Below are positions 9,547-18,144 of a stretch of 20,530 bases of DNA, in pieces; position 1 is the first letter of the stretch, and each line of letters starts with the position of its first letter. Under the pieces are notes generated by a model that worked only from the letters and a program-made list of their open reading frames with translations, did no database searches and was not told the DNA's origin. Both the position numbers and the translations under genes were made by a program. Source of the DNA: Gemmatimonadaceae bacterium (lineage in GTDB: Bacteria; Gemmatimonadota; Gemmatimonadetes; Gemmatimonadales; Gemmatimonadaceae); NCBI GenBank assembly GCA_044224875.1, contig JBGAJQ010000084.1:1-20530 (forward strand), in the 5' to 3' direction.

Positions 9547-9608
9547 GCATCCGTCGCGCCGGATTGGCAGGGCAACGGTCGCGATGCCCTGTACTCCCGA
9601 GGAATCCC

Positions 9609-11045
9609 ATGAAGTTCGCTGGACGTATCTGTTCACTACTGAGCTTGGCCGCCACGAGTGTGGCGCAGGCACAAGGTCTCGGAGTGCGCCCGGTCGCCAT
9701 CACGCACGTGAACGTGGTCGACGTCTCGACCGGGCGGGTGGTACCAAATCGCACCGTTATCGTGCAGGGCAACAAGATCCAGTCGGTGCAGCCCGGGGCC
9801 AACGCGAAGTTCGCCGACGGCGCTCGCTTGATCGATGGCGAGGGGAAGTTCCTGATCCCCGGCTTGTGGGACATGCATGTGCACGCTGCCGCCCCAGGCA
9901 TCGATAGGATGTTCCTACCCCTTCTCGTCGTTCAAGGCGTCACCGGGGTGCGCGAGATGTTCTCGCAGTTACAGTGGATGGACTCGTCTCGCGCGCTTGT
10001 CCAGCGAGGCGATGTCCTAGGCCCGCGGATCGTCGGGTCCGGTCACATCCTGGACGGCAAGCCCGCGATCTGGCCCGGGTCCGTAAGCGTGGCATCCGCT
10101 GATGAAGCGCGACATGCCGTGGACTCGCTGCTGGACAAGGGAGCCGCCTTCATCAAGGTCTATAGCCGGCTGAGTCGCGATGAGTTCTTCGCCATCGCCG
10201 ATGAGGCCAAGAAGCGACACGCAGCGTTCGCCGGCCATGTCCCTTCCCTCGTTAGGGCAAGCGAGGCGTCCGACGCCGGCATGCTGACCATCGAGCACCT
10301 GCAACAGATCGCCCAGGCGTGCAGCTCACGCGAGGACGAGCTGTTGGCGCAGTACACGAACGCCGTCACGTCTCCCAAGGGTTGGGACTCGGCGGGGGTC
10401 GTGGGTCGCGCGCAAGCGGCCACCATTGTCGAGACCTTTAGCGCGCCCCGCTGCAAGGCCTTGGCCGAACGCTTCGTGAAGAACGGGACGTGGATGGTCC
10501 CCACGCTCGCCGTGCTGCATTCCGTGGCATACCTGGACGACAGCACGCTGGCACAAGACCCGCGCCTCAAGTACGTGCCCAAGATGTTTGCCGGCATGTG
10601 GAACCCGAAGAACGATTTCCGATTCCGGATGCTCACCCCCGCCGACTGGGCCGCGCGAAAGAAGATCTACGAGCGGCAGCTCGAGATCGCGAAACTGTTG
10701 CACGCGGCGGGTGTACGCTTCCTCCCCGGCACCGACTTGTCCAATCCGTACATCTATCCGGGCTTCTCGTTGCACGACGAACTGGCGTCTTTCGTCGGTC
10801 TGGGATTCACCCCAGCCGAGGCATTGCGCAGCGCCACACTGGAACCGGCGCGTTTCTTCCACGCCACGGACTCCCTGGGTACCGTGGCCCCTGGGAAAGT
10901 CGCCGATCTGGTGCTGCTGGAGGCCAATCCGCTCGTCGACATCCGCAATACCACGAAGATTCACACCGTCATCGCCAACGGCCGCGTGGTGTCTCCCGAG
11001 GAACGTGAGGCGGTACTTACTAAGGCTGCACAGGGAACACGTTAG
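9609..11045 (+). CDS. Secreted amidohydrolase-family protein (metal-dependent TIM barrel)
   Basis: Signal peptide (AQA cleavage). Motifs: IDGEGKFLIPGLWDMHVH (HxH), FIKVY, GHVP, IEHL, GTD, G...PGKVADLVLL..NPL.DI. ATG 9609 follows GAGGA. Confidence 0.92.
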   Translation: MKFAGRICSLLSLAATSVAQAQGLGVRPVAITHVNVVDVSTGRVVPNRTVIVQGNKIQSVQPGANAKFADGARLIDGEGKFLIPGLWDMHVHAAAPGIDRMFLPLLVVQGVTGVREMFSQLQWMDSSRALVQRGDVLGPRIVGSGHILDGKPAIWPGSVSVASADEARHAVDSLLDKGAAFIKVYSRLSRDEFFAIADEAKKRHAAFAGHVPSLVRASEASDAGMLTIEHLQQIAQACSSREDELLAQYTNAVTSPKGWDSAGVVGRAQAATIVETFSAPRCKALAERFVKNGTWMVPTLAVLHSVAYLDDSTLAQDPRLKYVPKMFAGMWNPKNDFRFRMLTPADWAARKKIYERQLEIAKLLHAAGVRFLPGTDLSNPYIYPGFSLHDELASFVGLGFTPAEALRSATLEPARFFHATDSLGTVAPGKVADLVLLEANPLVDIRNTTKIHTVIANGRVVSPEEREAVLTKAAQGTR

Positions 11046-11048
11046 GAC

Positions 11049-11600
11049 ATGCGCTGGCTCACTCTTCTTGCCCTCCTTGCCGCAATGACCGTCCTGCCGC
11101 TGCGCGGTACCGGCGCGCAAGGCCAAGGCCCGGGTCTTCGCGCAGGCATCGCGGCCGTGTCGCAACCCGTGCTCATGGACTCTCTGGCTCACCCCTTCAA
11201 GATCATGGGCGAACGAGCCGCGATACTCGGTGCCTTGGTGGCGGCCTATGACTCCCTGGGCATTCCCATGGACTTCAAGGACACCAAGGCCGGAATCGTG
11301 GTCGCCGAGCGCTTTCAGGTGCGACGCGAACTCAAGAAGGTGCCCCTCTCGAAGTACCTGGACTGCGGGCAAGGCTTCAACGGCGTCAACGCGAACGTGT
11401 ACCGCCTGACCCTGGTGGTCGCCAGCTGGATCTCACCGACGGTCGGCGATCCACAGGAAATTCAGGTCGCCGTGGCCGGCAGCGGACAGGACATGGCGGG
11501 AAGCAACGTCCAGTCGGTCCTTTGCACATCCAAGGGAGTCCTGGAGGAAGTCTTGGTGAACATCGCCAGACGAAGCCTGAGCAACTCGGTACGTGACTGA
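11049..11600 (+). CDS. Exported hypothetical protein (two Cys, possible disulfide)
   Basis: 183 aa with an N-terminal signal peptide, starting 3 nt after the previous stop. GC-rich third codon positions. Motifs LSKYLDCG and CTSKGVLE. Confidence 0.75.
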   Translation: MRWLTLLALLAAMTVLPLRGTGAQGQGPGLRAGIAAVSQPVLMDSLAHPFKIMGERAAILGALVAAYDSLGIPMDFKDTKAGIVVAERFQVRRELKKVPLSKYLDCGQGFNGVNANVYRLTLVVASWISPTVGDPQEIQVAVAGSGQDMAGSNVQSVLCTSKGVLEEVLVNIARRSLSNSVRD

Positions 11601-11724
11601 GGGACCGGACCAGTCAGCGGGCCATCGGCGGCGCCCGACCAGCTGGCGACCGTAGCCGGGAACGACGGATCAACGGTCGGCCGAGGCGTTGCCGTAGGCG
11701 CAGGGGTGTCGTCTCTCGGGTACG

Positions 11725-13113
11725 ATGCACCCCACCGCCTCGCACCAGCGCGCCACACCGGGTCCCGCTACGGCCGTCCAGATGTCGGAGGTCCTCTCCG
11801 CTCTCTCCCGCGCCCTGGACCTCACCGAAGGCCAGCCGTTAGGCCATTCGGTCCGTGCCTGCGTGATCGGTATGCGGCTGGGCCAGGAACTCGGGCTGGG
11901 TGAGGACGATCTCGCTGCGTTGTACTACGCGCTCCTCCTCAAGGACGCCGGCTGCTCGTCGAATGCCTCGCGCATGGCCGCGCTGTTCGGCAGTGACGAC
12001 CAGCAGGTGAAACCACGCATGAAGGTCGTCGACTGGGACGACCGGATGCACCTGGCGGTTGAAACATGGCGCAATACCGGACTCGCCCGCCCGCTGTGGT
12101 CACGCATGCAGTTCTTCCTTGGCATTGCACGCCAGGAGAACATGACCAAGGACATCATTGCGGCACGGTGCGAACGCGGTGCCGATATCGCGCGTCGTCT
12201 TGGCTTTCCCGGTGCAACCGCCGACGCCATTCGGTCGCTGGACGAACACTGGAATGGCCACGGTTACCCGGACGGCCTGCGTGGCGATGAGATTCCACTC
12301 CTGTCACGAATCCTCAACATCGCGCAGACCGCCGAGGTGTTTCTCGCCACCGGCGGCATCGACGGAGCCATGCAGGTGCTGCAGGAGCGCTCGGGACGCT
12401 GGTTCGATCCCGACCTCGTGGACCGCGTGCTGGATTGGCGTCTCGATGCCGGCTGGTGGGGTTCGATGGTTACGCCGGAGGTGGAGCGCGACGTACTCGC
12501 CCTGGAGCCCGCACGCCGACTACGTCTGCTCGACGAGGCCCAACTGGATCAGGTGGCCCTCGCCTTCGCCGATGTCATCGACGCCAAGTCTCCTTACACG
12601 TATAAGCACTCGTCGAACGTGGCGATGTACGCGTGCACGATTGGCGAGGGGCTGGGGTTCGACACCGCCGCACTCCGAAAGTTGCGGCTGGCGGGGCTGC
12701 TGCACGATATCGGCAAGTTGGGCGTCTCCAACCGCATTCTCGACAAGAATGGGCCGCTGGATGCCAGTGAGCGTGCCGCCGTGGACAAGCATCCCCTGTA
12801 CACGTGGGACATCCTGTCGCGCATCTCGGCGTTCGCTTCGTTCGCTCGTCAGGCCGCCACGCATCACGAGAAGCTGGATGGCAGCGGGTATCCATGGCGA
12901 CTGCGAGGCGACGAGCTGGACGCTGCCTCGCGGTCCCTGGTGGTCGCCGACATCTATGAGGCGCTGACCGCCAACCGTCCGTACCGCGCCGGCATGAGTC
13001 CCGATGCCGCCCTTGGGATCCTGACCCGCGAGCGTGGCTCCAAGCTGGACGCCACCGCCATCGACGCCCTCGCCGCACGCGTGTTGACGTCCGGCGACGC
13101 CGCGACCTTGTAA
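11725..13113 (+). CDS. Tandem HD/HD-GYP domain protein, probable c-di-GMP phosphodiesterase
   Basis: N-terminal degenerate domain (LLKDAG, DEHWNGHGYP) and intact C-terminal domain (HS..V, LLHDIGK, HHEKLDGSGYP, VADIYEALT..RPYR). An alternative start is ATG 11782. Confidence 0.92.
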   Translation: MHPTASHQRATPGPATAVQMSEVLSALSRALDLTEGQPLGHSVRACVIGMRLGQELGLGEDDLAALYYALLLKDAGCSSNASRMAALFGSDDQQVKPRMKVVDWDDRMHLAVETWRNTGLARPLWSRMQFFLGIARQENMTKDIIAARCERGADIARRLGFPGATADAIRSLDEHWNGHGYPDGLRGDEIPLLSRILNIAQTAEVFLATGGIDGAMQVLQERSGRWFDPDLVDRVLDWRLDAGWWGSMVTPEVERDVLALEPARRLRLLDEAQLDQVALAFADVIDAKSPYTYKHSSNVAMYACTIGEGLGFDTAALRKLRLAGLLHDIGKLGVSNRILDKNGPLDASERAAVDKHPLYTWDILSRISAFASFARQAATHHEKLDGSGYPWRLRGDELDAASRSLVVADIYEALTANRPYRAGMSPDAALGILTRERGSKLDATAIDALAARVLTSGDAATL

Positions 13114-13117
13114 CCTG

Positions 13118-15148
13118 TCAGTCGCGGGGAACTGAGGCGGCCACCACGGAACGAGCCGCCTTCCGCACACGTTTGTCTTCGTAGAGCTGACGGTCCGCCT
13201 GATCCAGTAGCTGCTGCAGGTTCTTTGGCTGCTCCGGGTCAAACCGCGCTAGTCCACGCCCCACCGACAGCTTGAACACCCGATCGGGGCGATTGTTGTG
13301 CGCGGCCAGGCGCTCGTCCAGCCTGTGCAACAGCACATCTCCCGAAGGATCCAGGCAGTTCACCGCCAACGCCACGAACTCATCGCCACCAAGACGGCCG
13401 AGCACGTCGCTGTCGCGGAACGTCTCACTGAGCACTTCCGCGACTTCCTTCAAGGCGTCGTCGCCCACCTTGTGCCCGTGCGTGTCGTTAATCGACTTGA
13501 ACTCGTTCAAGTCGAAGTACAACAAGATGCAGTGTCCCGGGTTCTTGCGCGCCGCATTCAACGCTTGCTGCGCCAGCAGGAAGAACCCACGCCGGTTGTA
13601 GAGCTGGGTGAGTTGGTCCTGAAGCGACATGCGACGGAGTGCGTCTTCGGCCTCCTTCCGCTCCGTGATGTCGCGCATGATGGTCGAGTGGTACTCGACT
13701 TCACCATGTGCGTTGCGATGGGCCACGATCACCTGCGACACCGGAACCTGCGACGCGTCGCGACGCTGCAAGGCCGTCTCGCCACTCCACACGCCATGGT
13801 CTTCCGCGGTCGGGATGCCAACCTCGCGCACCACGTCGCGCGCCCAGTCGGGAAACAAGTCGTCCAAACGCAGCCCACTCGCCTCGCCAATGCCCAGCAT
13901 GCGACGGCCGGCCCGGTTCACGTACGGCAGCGACCCATCCGCCGAGCTGATGGCGACGAGGTCCGGTGTGGCTTCAAGGATGGCAATCAGCCGCGCTTGT
14001 TCGGCCTCGCGAGTCTTCCGCTCGGTGATGTCTCGTACCACGCTCACCATGCTCCCCCCGGGGAGCAGGGTGATGGCAATCTCCGCCGGAAAGGTCACGC
14101 CGGTCCGGGTTCGTCCCAGCACCTCACCGCGCCAACGGTCGCCGGCCCAGAGGTTGGGTAGCACGACGTCGTCGAACCGTTTGAGCTGAACCTCATCGAA
14201 CAACTTGCGCCACGACTTGCCCTGCAGGTCGTCGCCCCGGTCGTAGCCGAAGAGATTGGCGTAGGCGTCGTTGACGAACTTGAATTCCTGGAACGAGTCG
14301 ACGATGGCAATGCCGTCCTCCGTTGCGCCGACCGCGGCCGAAAGCTGGTTCAGCCGGCGCGCCGCCTGACGACGCGCCGTGATGTCGTGCGACAACGAGA
14401 CGAAATGCGTGATGCGGTACCGCTCGTCCATGACGGGGGTGATCGTCAGCTCCAACCATAGCGGCGTGCCGTCCTTCCGGTAATTGAGGATCTCCCCCAT
14501 CCAGGACTCCCCGTTCTGGATCGCCTGGCGCATCGCCAGGATGGTCTCGGGGTTGGTCTCGGGCCCCTGAAGGCGTGCACCGGGACGAGTGCCGATCATC
14601 TCGGCCAGGGACCAACCGAAGAGTCGCGCGAAGGCATCGTTCACCCAATCCACTTCGCCGGCCCCGTTCGCGATGATCACCGCTTCCCCAGTGCGTCGCG
14701 CCACCAAGGCCAAACGCTCGAGCTCCTCGTACGCGCGCCGCGATTCGGTGACGTCCACCAGGCTCGTGACCACGCCATCGGCGTCGCCGCCATCCGTATC
14801 GCTCAGCAGGGACGTGCTCATGGAAATCCACGTCCGGCGTCCGTCGGGATGATTGACGCCGATGATCACACCGCTGAGCGGCGTGCGTGTCGCCAGCGTC
14901 ACGCGGGCCGGATGGTCAGCCGGCGCGAGGACGCTCCCGTCCGCAAAGAGCAGTTGCGGCGCGCCACCGTCGGTCATCGTCCCCAATCCCAGGAGACGCT
15001 CCGCCGCTGGATTCCAGTGGATCAAATGCCCGCTGGCGTCATGCACCAGGACACCGCAGGCGAAGTGGGCGATCACTCGACGGAGTGCCCCGAGTGAGGG
15101 GCCGTCCGCTGCCGCGGGATCGTGAATAGATACGCTGTCTTGGGCCAT
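13118..15148 (-). CDS. Diguanylate cyclase with four PAS/PAC domains
   Basis: Four PAS units ending DVTE, DITA, DITE and DITE. GGDEF domain has D.LT.LYNRR, DLNEFKSINDTHGHKVGD and RDSDVLGRLGGDEF (intact active site and RxxD I-site). No TM segments. Confidence 0.95.
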   Translation of the reverse strand: MAQDSVSIHDPAAADGPSLGALRRVIAHFACGVLVHDASGHLIHWNPAAERLLGLGTMTDGGAPQLLFADGSVLAPADHPARVTLATRTPLSGVIIGVNHPDGRRTWISMSTSLLSDTDGGDADGVVTSLVDVTESRRAYEELERLALVARRTGEAVIIANGAGEVDWVNDAFARLFGWSLAEMIGTRPGARLQGPETNPETILAMRQAIQNGESWMGEILNYRKDGTPLWLELTITPVMDERYRITHFVSLSHDITARRQAARRLNQLSAAVGATEDGIAIVDSFQEFKFVNDAYANLFGYDRGDDLQGKSWRKLFDEVQLKRFDDVVLPNLWAGDRWRGEVLGRTRTGVTFPAEIAITLLPGGSMVSVVRDITERKTREAEQARLIAILEATPDLVAISSADGSLPYVNRAGRRMLGIGEASGLRLDDLFPDWARDVVREVGIPTAEDHGVWSGETALQRRDASQVPVSQVIVAHRNAHGEVEYHSTIMRDITERKEAEDALRRMSLQDQLTQLYNRRGFFLLAQQALNAARKNPGHCILLYFDLNEFKSINDTHGHKVGDDALKEVAEVLSETFRDSDVLGRLGGDEFVALAVNCLDPSGDVLLHRLDERLAAHNNRPDRVFKLSVGRGLARFDPEQPKNLQQLLDQADRQLYEDKRVRKAARSVVAASVPRD

Positions 15149-15221
15149 GCGGGCGCGGGCGCTGAGCAGATGCCGCTAGCGCTGGACCCCTCTAAGGGCC
15201 CAGCTTCTCTCCTTCGTTGTA

Positions 15222-15248
15222 TTATCGGCCTCTCATTGAATTTCTTCA
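15222..15248 (-). promoter_or_regulatory. Sigma28 (FliA)-type promoter upstream of the diguanylate cyclase
   Basis: Minus strand reads TGAA-N15-GCCGATAA against the consensus TAAA-N15-GCCGATAA. The -10 octamer and spacer are perfect, 73 nt upstream of the ATG. Confidence 0.65.
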
Positions 15249-15313
15249 CTCGCACCCCGTCCTCCGGATGCCGGGCTCCGGCTCGGCTCCGATTCCTCTC
15301 GCTGCCCGCACCC

Positions 15314-16663
15314 ATGACCCGTCGTGAACCCCGGCTCGTTCGAATCCCCGCTGTCCTCGCTCTCGTTTCCCTGCTCGCCACCGGCGCACGAGCGCAGGTT
15401 TCGCAGAAGGTGTACGACGACATCGATCGCCGGGCGAAGGCGGTGGAGCCGAAAGTGGTGGCATGGCGGCGGGATATCCACGAGCACCCAGAGTTGGGCA
15501 ACAACGAGAAGCGAACCGCCAAGGTTGTTGCTGACCACCTGCGCTCGTTAGGTATCGAGGTCCAGACGGACGTCGCGCATACCGGCGTGGTGGGGCTCCT
15601 GCGTGGGGGAAAGCCGGGACCCGTGGTCGCCCTGCGCGCCGACATGGACGCACTCCCCGTGAAGGAGGAAGTCGACCTTCCCTTCAAGTCGCAGGTGAAG
15701 GCGGTCTTCAACGGGCAAGAGGTCGGCGTCATGCACGCCTGCGGCCACGACAATCACGTGGCGATCCTCATGGGGACTGCCGAGGTATTGGCAGGCATGC
15801 GCAACGAGCTGGCGGGCACCGTGAAGTTCATCTTCCAGCCGGCGGAAGAAGGCCCACCGATCGGCGAGGAGGGTGGGGCGGAAATGATGATCAAGCAAGG
15901 CGTGCTCGAGAACCCCAAGGTGGACGCCGTCTTTGGGCTGCACGTCTTTCCTTACGAAGTCGGAAAGATCGTCTATCGATCAGGTCCGCTGATGGCAAGC
16001 GGAGAGACCTATCGCCTGGTTGTCAAAGGCAAACAGACGCACGGGGCCCTTCCCTGGAATGGCGTTGATCCGATCGTCATCGCCGCCCAAATCATCCTGG
16101 GCTTCCAGACCATCATCAGCCGACAGGAGAACCTCATTACCTCGCCCGCCGTGTTGACGATCGGCATGATTCGAGGTGGCGTGCGGCAGAACATCATTCC
16201 CGACAGTGTCGAGATCAGCGGGACCATCCGCACCTTCAATGACGACATGCTCGCGGATATCCACACCCGGATGAAGCGGACCGCGGAGTCCATCGCCGCT
16301 GGCGCCGGTGGCAGTGCCCGTTTGGAGATGGTCGGCCGGGCGGGACTCGTCACCTACAACGATCCGGCATTGGTCGAGCGGATGGTACCCACACTCAAGC
16401 GCGTGGTCGGCGAGGACCGGGCCGAGGTTGGCGACCTGACCACGACGTCCGAGGACTTCTCCTACTTTCAGAAGCAGGTGCCGGGCATGTTCTTCTTTCT
16501 GGGCGTCACGCCCAAAGGGACGGATCCGGCAAACATCTACCCGAACCATTCGCCTCGCTTCTTTGCCGACGAGGGAGCGTTGCTCCCCGGCGTACGCGCC
16601 ATGACGAACGTAGCGGTGGATTTCCTGATGGGAGCGAAGAAACCGCTGCCGAAAGCGAACTGA
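15314..16663 (+). CDS. M20 family (M20D/Acy1-like) amidohydrolase with signal peptide
   Basis: WRRDIHEHPELG..E, ALRADMDALP, MHACGHD.H, FQPAEEG, GLH, SEDFS and NHSP.F..DE. The signal peptide follows ATG 15314, and the longer ORF-track start overlaps the divergent gene. Confidence 0.94.
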   Translation: MTRREPRLVRIPAVLALVSLLATGARAQVSQKVYDDIDRRAKAVEPKVVAWRRDIHEHPELGNNEKRTAKVVADHLRSLGIEVQTDVAHTGVVGLLRGGKPGPVVALRADMDALPVKEEVDLPFKSQVKAVFNGQEVGVMHACGHDNHVAILMGTAEVLAGMRNELAGTVKFIFQPAEEGPPIGEEGGAEMMIKQGVLENPKVDAVFGLHVFPYEVGKIVYRSGPLMASGETYRLVVKGKQTHGALPWNGVDPIVIAAQIILGFQTIISRQENLITSPAVLTIGMIRGGVRQNIIPDSVEISGTIRTFNDDMLADIHTRMKRTAESIAAGAGGSARLEMVGRAGLVTYNDPALVERMVPTLKRVVGEDRAEVGDLTTTSEDFSYFQKQVPGMFFFLGVTPKGTDPANIYPNHSPRFFADEGALLPGVRAMTNVAVDFLMGAKKPLPKAN

Positions 16664-17176
16664 CTACGCGTCGGGCCCGGCGCCAGCCAGGCGCTGGGCC
16701 CGGTCGGCGCGCACGAGGGCCAGTCCGAGCAGTACGGCGCCAACGGTCACGCAGGCGTCGGCCACGTTGAAGGTCCAAAACCGCCAGCTGGCCGTCCCGA
16801 TATCGATGAAGTCCACCACACCGCGGGACCAGCGCACGCGATCGATCAGGTTGCCTAACGCCCCAGCTGACACCAAGGCGAGGCCGATGACCTGGAGTCG
16901 GTCCCTGACGTCGGCCTTTCGGTACAGATCAAACAGGACCACGAGTACGGCCATTGCCAGGCAGCCAAAGATGTACCGCGAATACGGCCCTAACGACGTG
17001 GAGAACGCGGCCCCGGTGTTGTAGGCCAGCGTGAAACGCACCGACTCGCCGATGACGTCATGCGGCACATGGGGCACCTGCAGGCGCTCGACGATCATGC
17101 GCTTGGAGGTACAGTCCGCCAGGACGAACAGCGAGAGCAACGGCCAGTAGAGCAGCGACTTCTTCAGCACTTTCAT
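16664..17176 (-). CDS. lspA: Lipoprotein signal peptidase (signal peptidase II)
   Basis: D..SK, YNTGAAFS, GALGNLIDR, VVDFI and FNVAD (both catalytic Asp present). 170 aa with 4 TMs. Confidence 0.96.
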   Translation of the reverse strand: MKVLKKSLLYWPLLSLFVLADCTSKRMIVERLQVPHVPHDVIGESVRFTLAYNTGAAFSTSLGPYSRYIFGCLAMAVLVVLFDLYRKADVRDRLQVIGLALVSAGALGNLIDRVRWSRGVVDFIDIGTASWRFWTFNVADACVTVGAVLLGLALVRADRAQRLAGAGPDA

Positions 17177-17220
17177 GCGGCAGGCGATGTCCGGAGGGGC
17201 GTTGATCGTTGGGACGTAGA

Positions 17221-17252
17221 CGCGGCCGACCCGGAACTCCGAATCGGCCGCG
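17221..17252. other. Intergenic stem-loop (possible weak terminator or mRNA stabiliser)
   Basis: CGCGGCCGA (17221-17229) pairs with TCGGCCGCG (17244-17252). It begins about 20 nt after the stop of the 17272-18045 gene. No U-tract follows. Confidence 0.4.
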
Positions 17253-17271
17253 CGTCGTGCAAACGGTGCGG

Positions 17272-18045
17272 TTACGGCTTCTTGGTGAGCATGGCCTTGA
17301 TCTCGGCCGGGATCTCCATCTCCTTGGAGTCGACGTTATCCCACTCCCACGACGAGATCGTGATGATCTGCTGCTGGCCCATCATTTCCTGGGTCATCGA
17401 CGTGGGTCGCTTCATCCCGCCAAAGTCCTTGTAGCCGGACAGCGTCGCCACGACTTCGATCTCACCCATCGGGCTCTGCTGCTTGGTCTGGGTCGCCACT
17501 AACAGTCCGTCGGCCACCGAGAAGCAGTCGTACGACACGCGACCGGACTTCCACGTGTGCTTGACCTTGTAGCACTCCTGCCCGCCCAAGGTGGTCTTTT
17601 CCACGGTCTCCGAACTGACAATCTCGGGGGACGACCGGGTGTAGCTGGCGGCGGGGTCGGCCTCCTGGCGCATCGCCTCCAACTCCGGGCCGTCAGCGAC
17701 GCGCGGGCCCGTCATCGGGTTCACACTCCAGGCCGAGGTGCCGTCGAACCCGGACGTCATGGAGCCCATGCCAGGGATCTCCACCTTCGTGAAGATGATG
17801 TTCGGGTAGATGTGCAGCACTTCCATGCTGGCGCTCATGCCGGCCGCCGGCATGTCCATGGTCGCCTTCATGCGCGACGACTTGTGTGACTTCCAGCTTT
17901 CCGCTCCGGTCGCCGCGACGTACTTCGCGATCAGGTCCTTGGCCGCCGGCAACGTCTGGGCACGGGCCACGGACGGAGCCACGGCAGCTACAACAAACAG
18001 CGAATGACGAATCGCGCGGCGAGCGCGCGAAGACACCTGTTGCAT
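17272..18045 (-). CDS. Exported hypothetical protein (beta-rich, possibly LolA/lipoprotein-sorting-like fold)
   Basis: SD GGAG precedes ATG 18045. Signal peptide ending ARA|Q. Motifs LIAKYVAATG, GFDG..AW, CYKV and SGYKDFGG.K.P. The fold assignment is an inference. Confidence 0.75.
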   Translation of the reverse strand: MQQVSSRARRAIRHSLFVVAAVAPSVARAQTLPAAKDLIAKYVAATGAESWKSHKSSRMKATMDMPAAGMSASMEVLHIYPNIIFTKVEIPGMGSMTSGFDGTSAWSVNPMTGPRVADGPELEAMRQEADPAASYTRSSPEIVSSETVEKTTLGGQECYKVKHTWKSGRVSYDCFSVADGLLVATQTKQQSPMGEIEVVATLSGYKDFGGMKRPTSMTQEMMGQQQIITISSWEWDNVDSKEMEIPAEIKAMLTKKP

Positions 18046-18144
18046 GTCGATCTCCAGTGGTGTGAGGGCGGATGACACCGCCATCGATGGGGCGGGCGTA
18101 GCACGCCGCGCCACGGAATTTAGTACGTGACCGGGCAGCGAAGG

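Noticed and set aside
1562..10256. Telomere-like TTAGGG sequence
   Set aside because: These are isolated single copies (1563, 10252), never tandem, and are a subset of the GTTAGG motif.
7498..11045. TAG read-through (pyrrolysine or recoding) fusing adjacent genes
   Set aside because: Each protein appears complete at its TAG, downstream genes have their own starts or signal peptides, and there are no pyl genes in the window.
7496..11046. Integron cassette array, because GTTAGGC matches the attC core GTTRRRY and some copies sit at gene ends
   Set aside because: I saw no inverse core (RYYYAAC) or attC palindrome upstream of these sites. Most copies lie mid-gene, and there is no integrase in the window.
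11669..11698. Sigma28-like promoter upstream of the HD-GYP gene (TCAA...GCCGTAGG)
   Set aside because: The spacer is 17 nt and the -10 match is poor.
14460..14600. LOV photoreceptor in the second PAS domain (LQGPET, NYRKDG)
   Set aside because: The GxNCRFLQ cysteine is absent (the sequence reads GTRPGARLQ), so this is an ordinary PAS domain.
15122..15313. Extended N-terminus of the M20 gene, and likewise ORF-track starts at 120, 9564 and 18114
   Set aside because: Downstream ATGs fit better with SD sites, signal peptides or coupling, and the 15122 extension overlaps the divergent gene and its promoter.
728..16549. Long antisense or alternative-frame ORFs (for example 728-1594, 6973-8115, 10326-11372, 13298-14161)
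   Set aside because: They are shadow ORFs of well-supported genes, expected at high GC, and carry no motifs.
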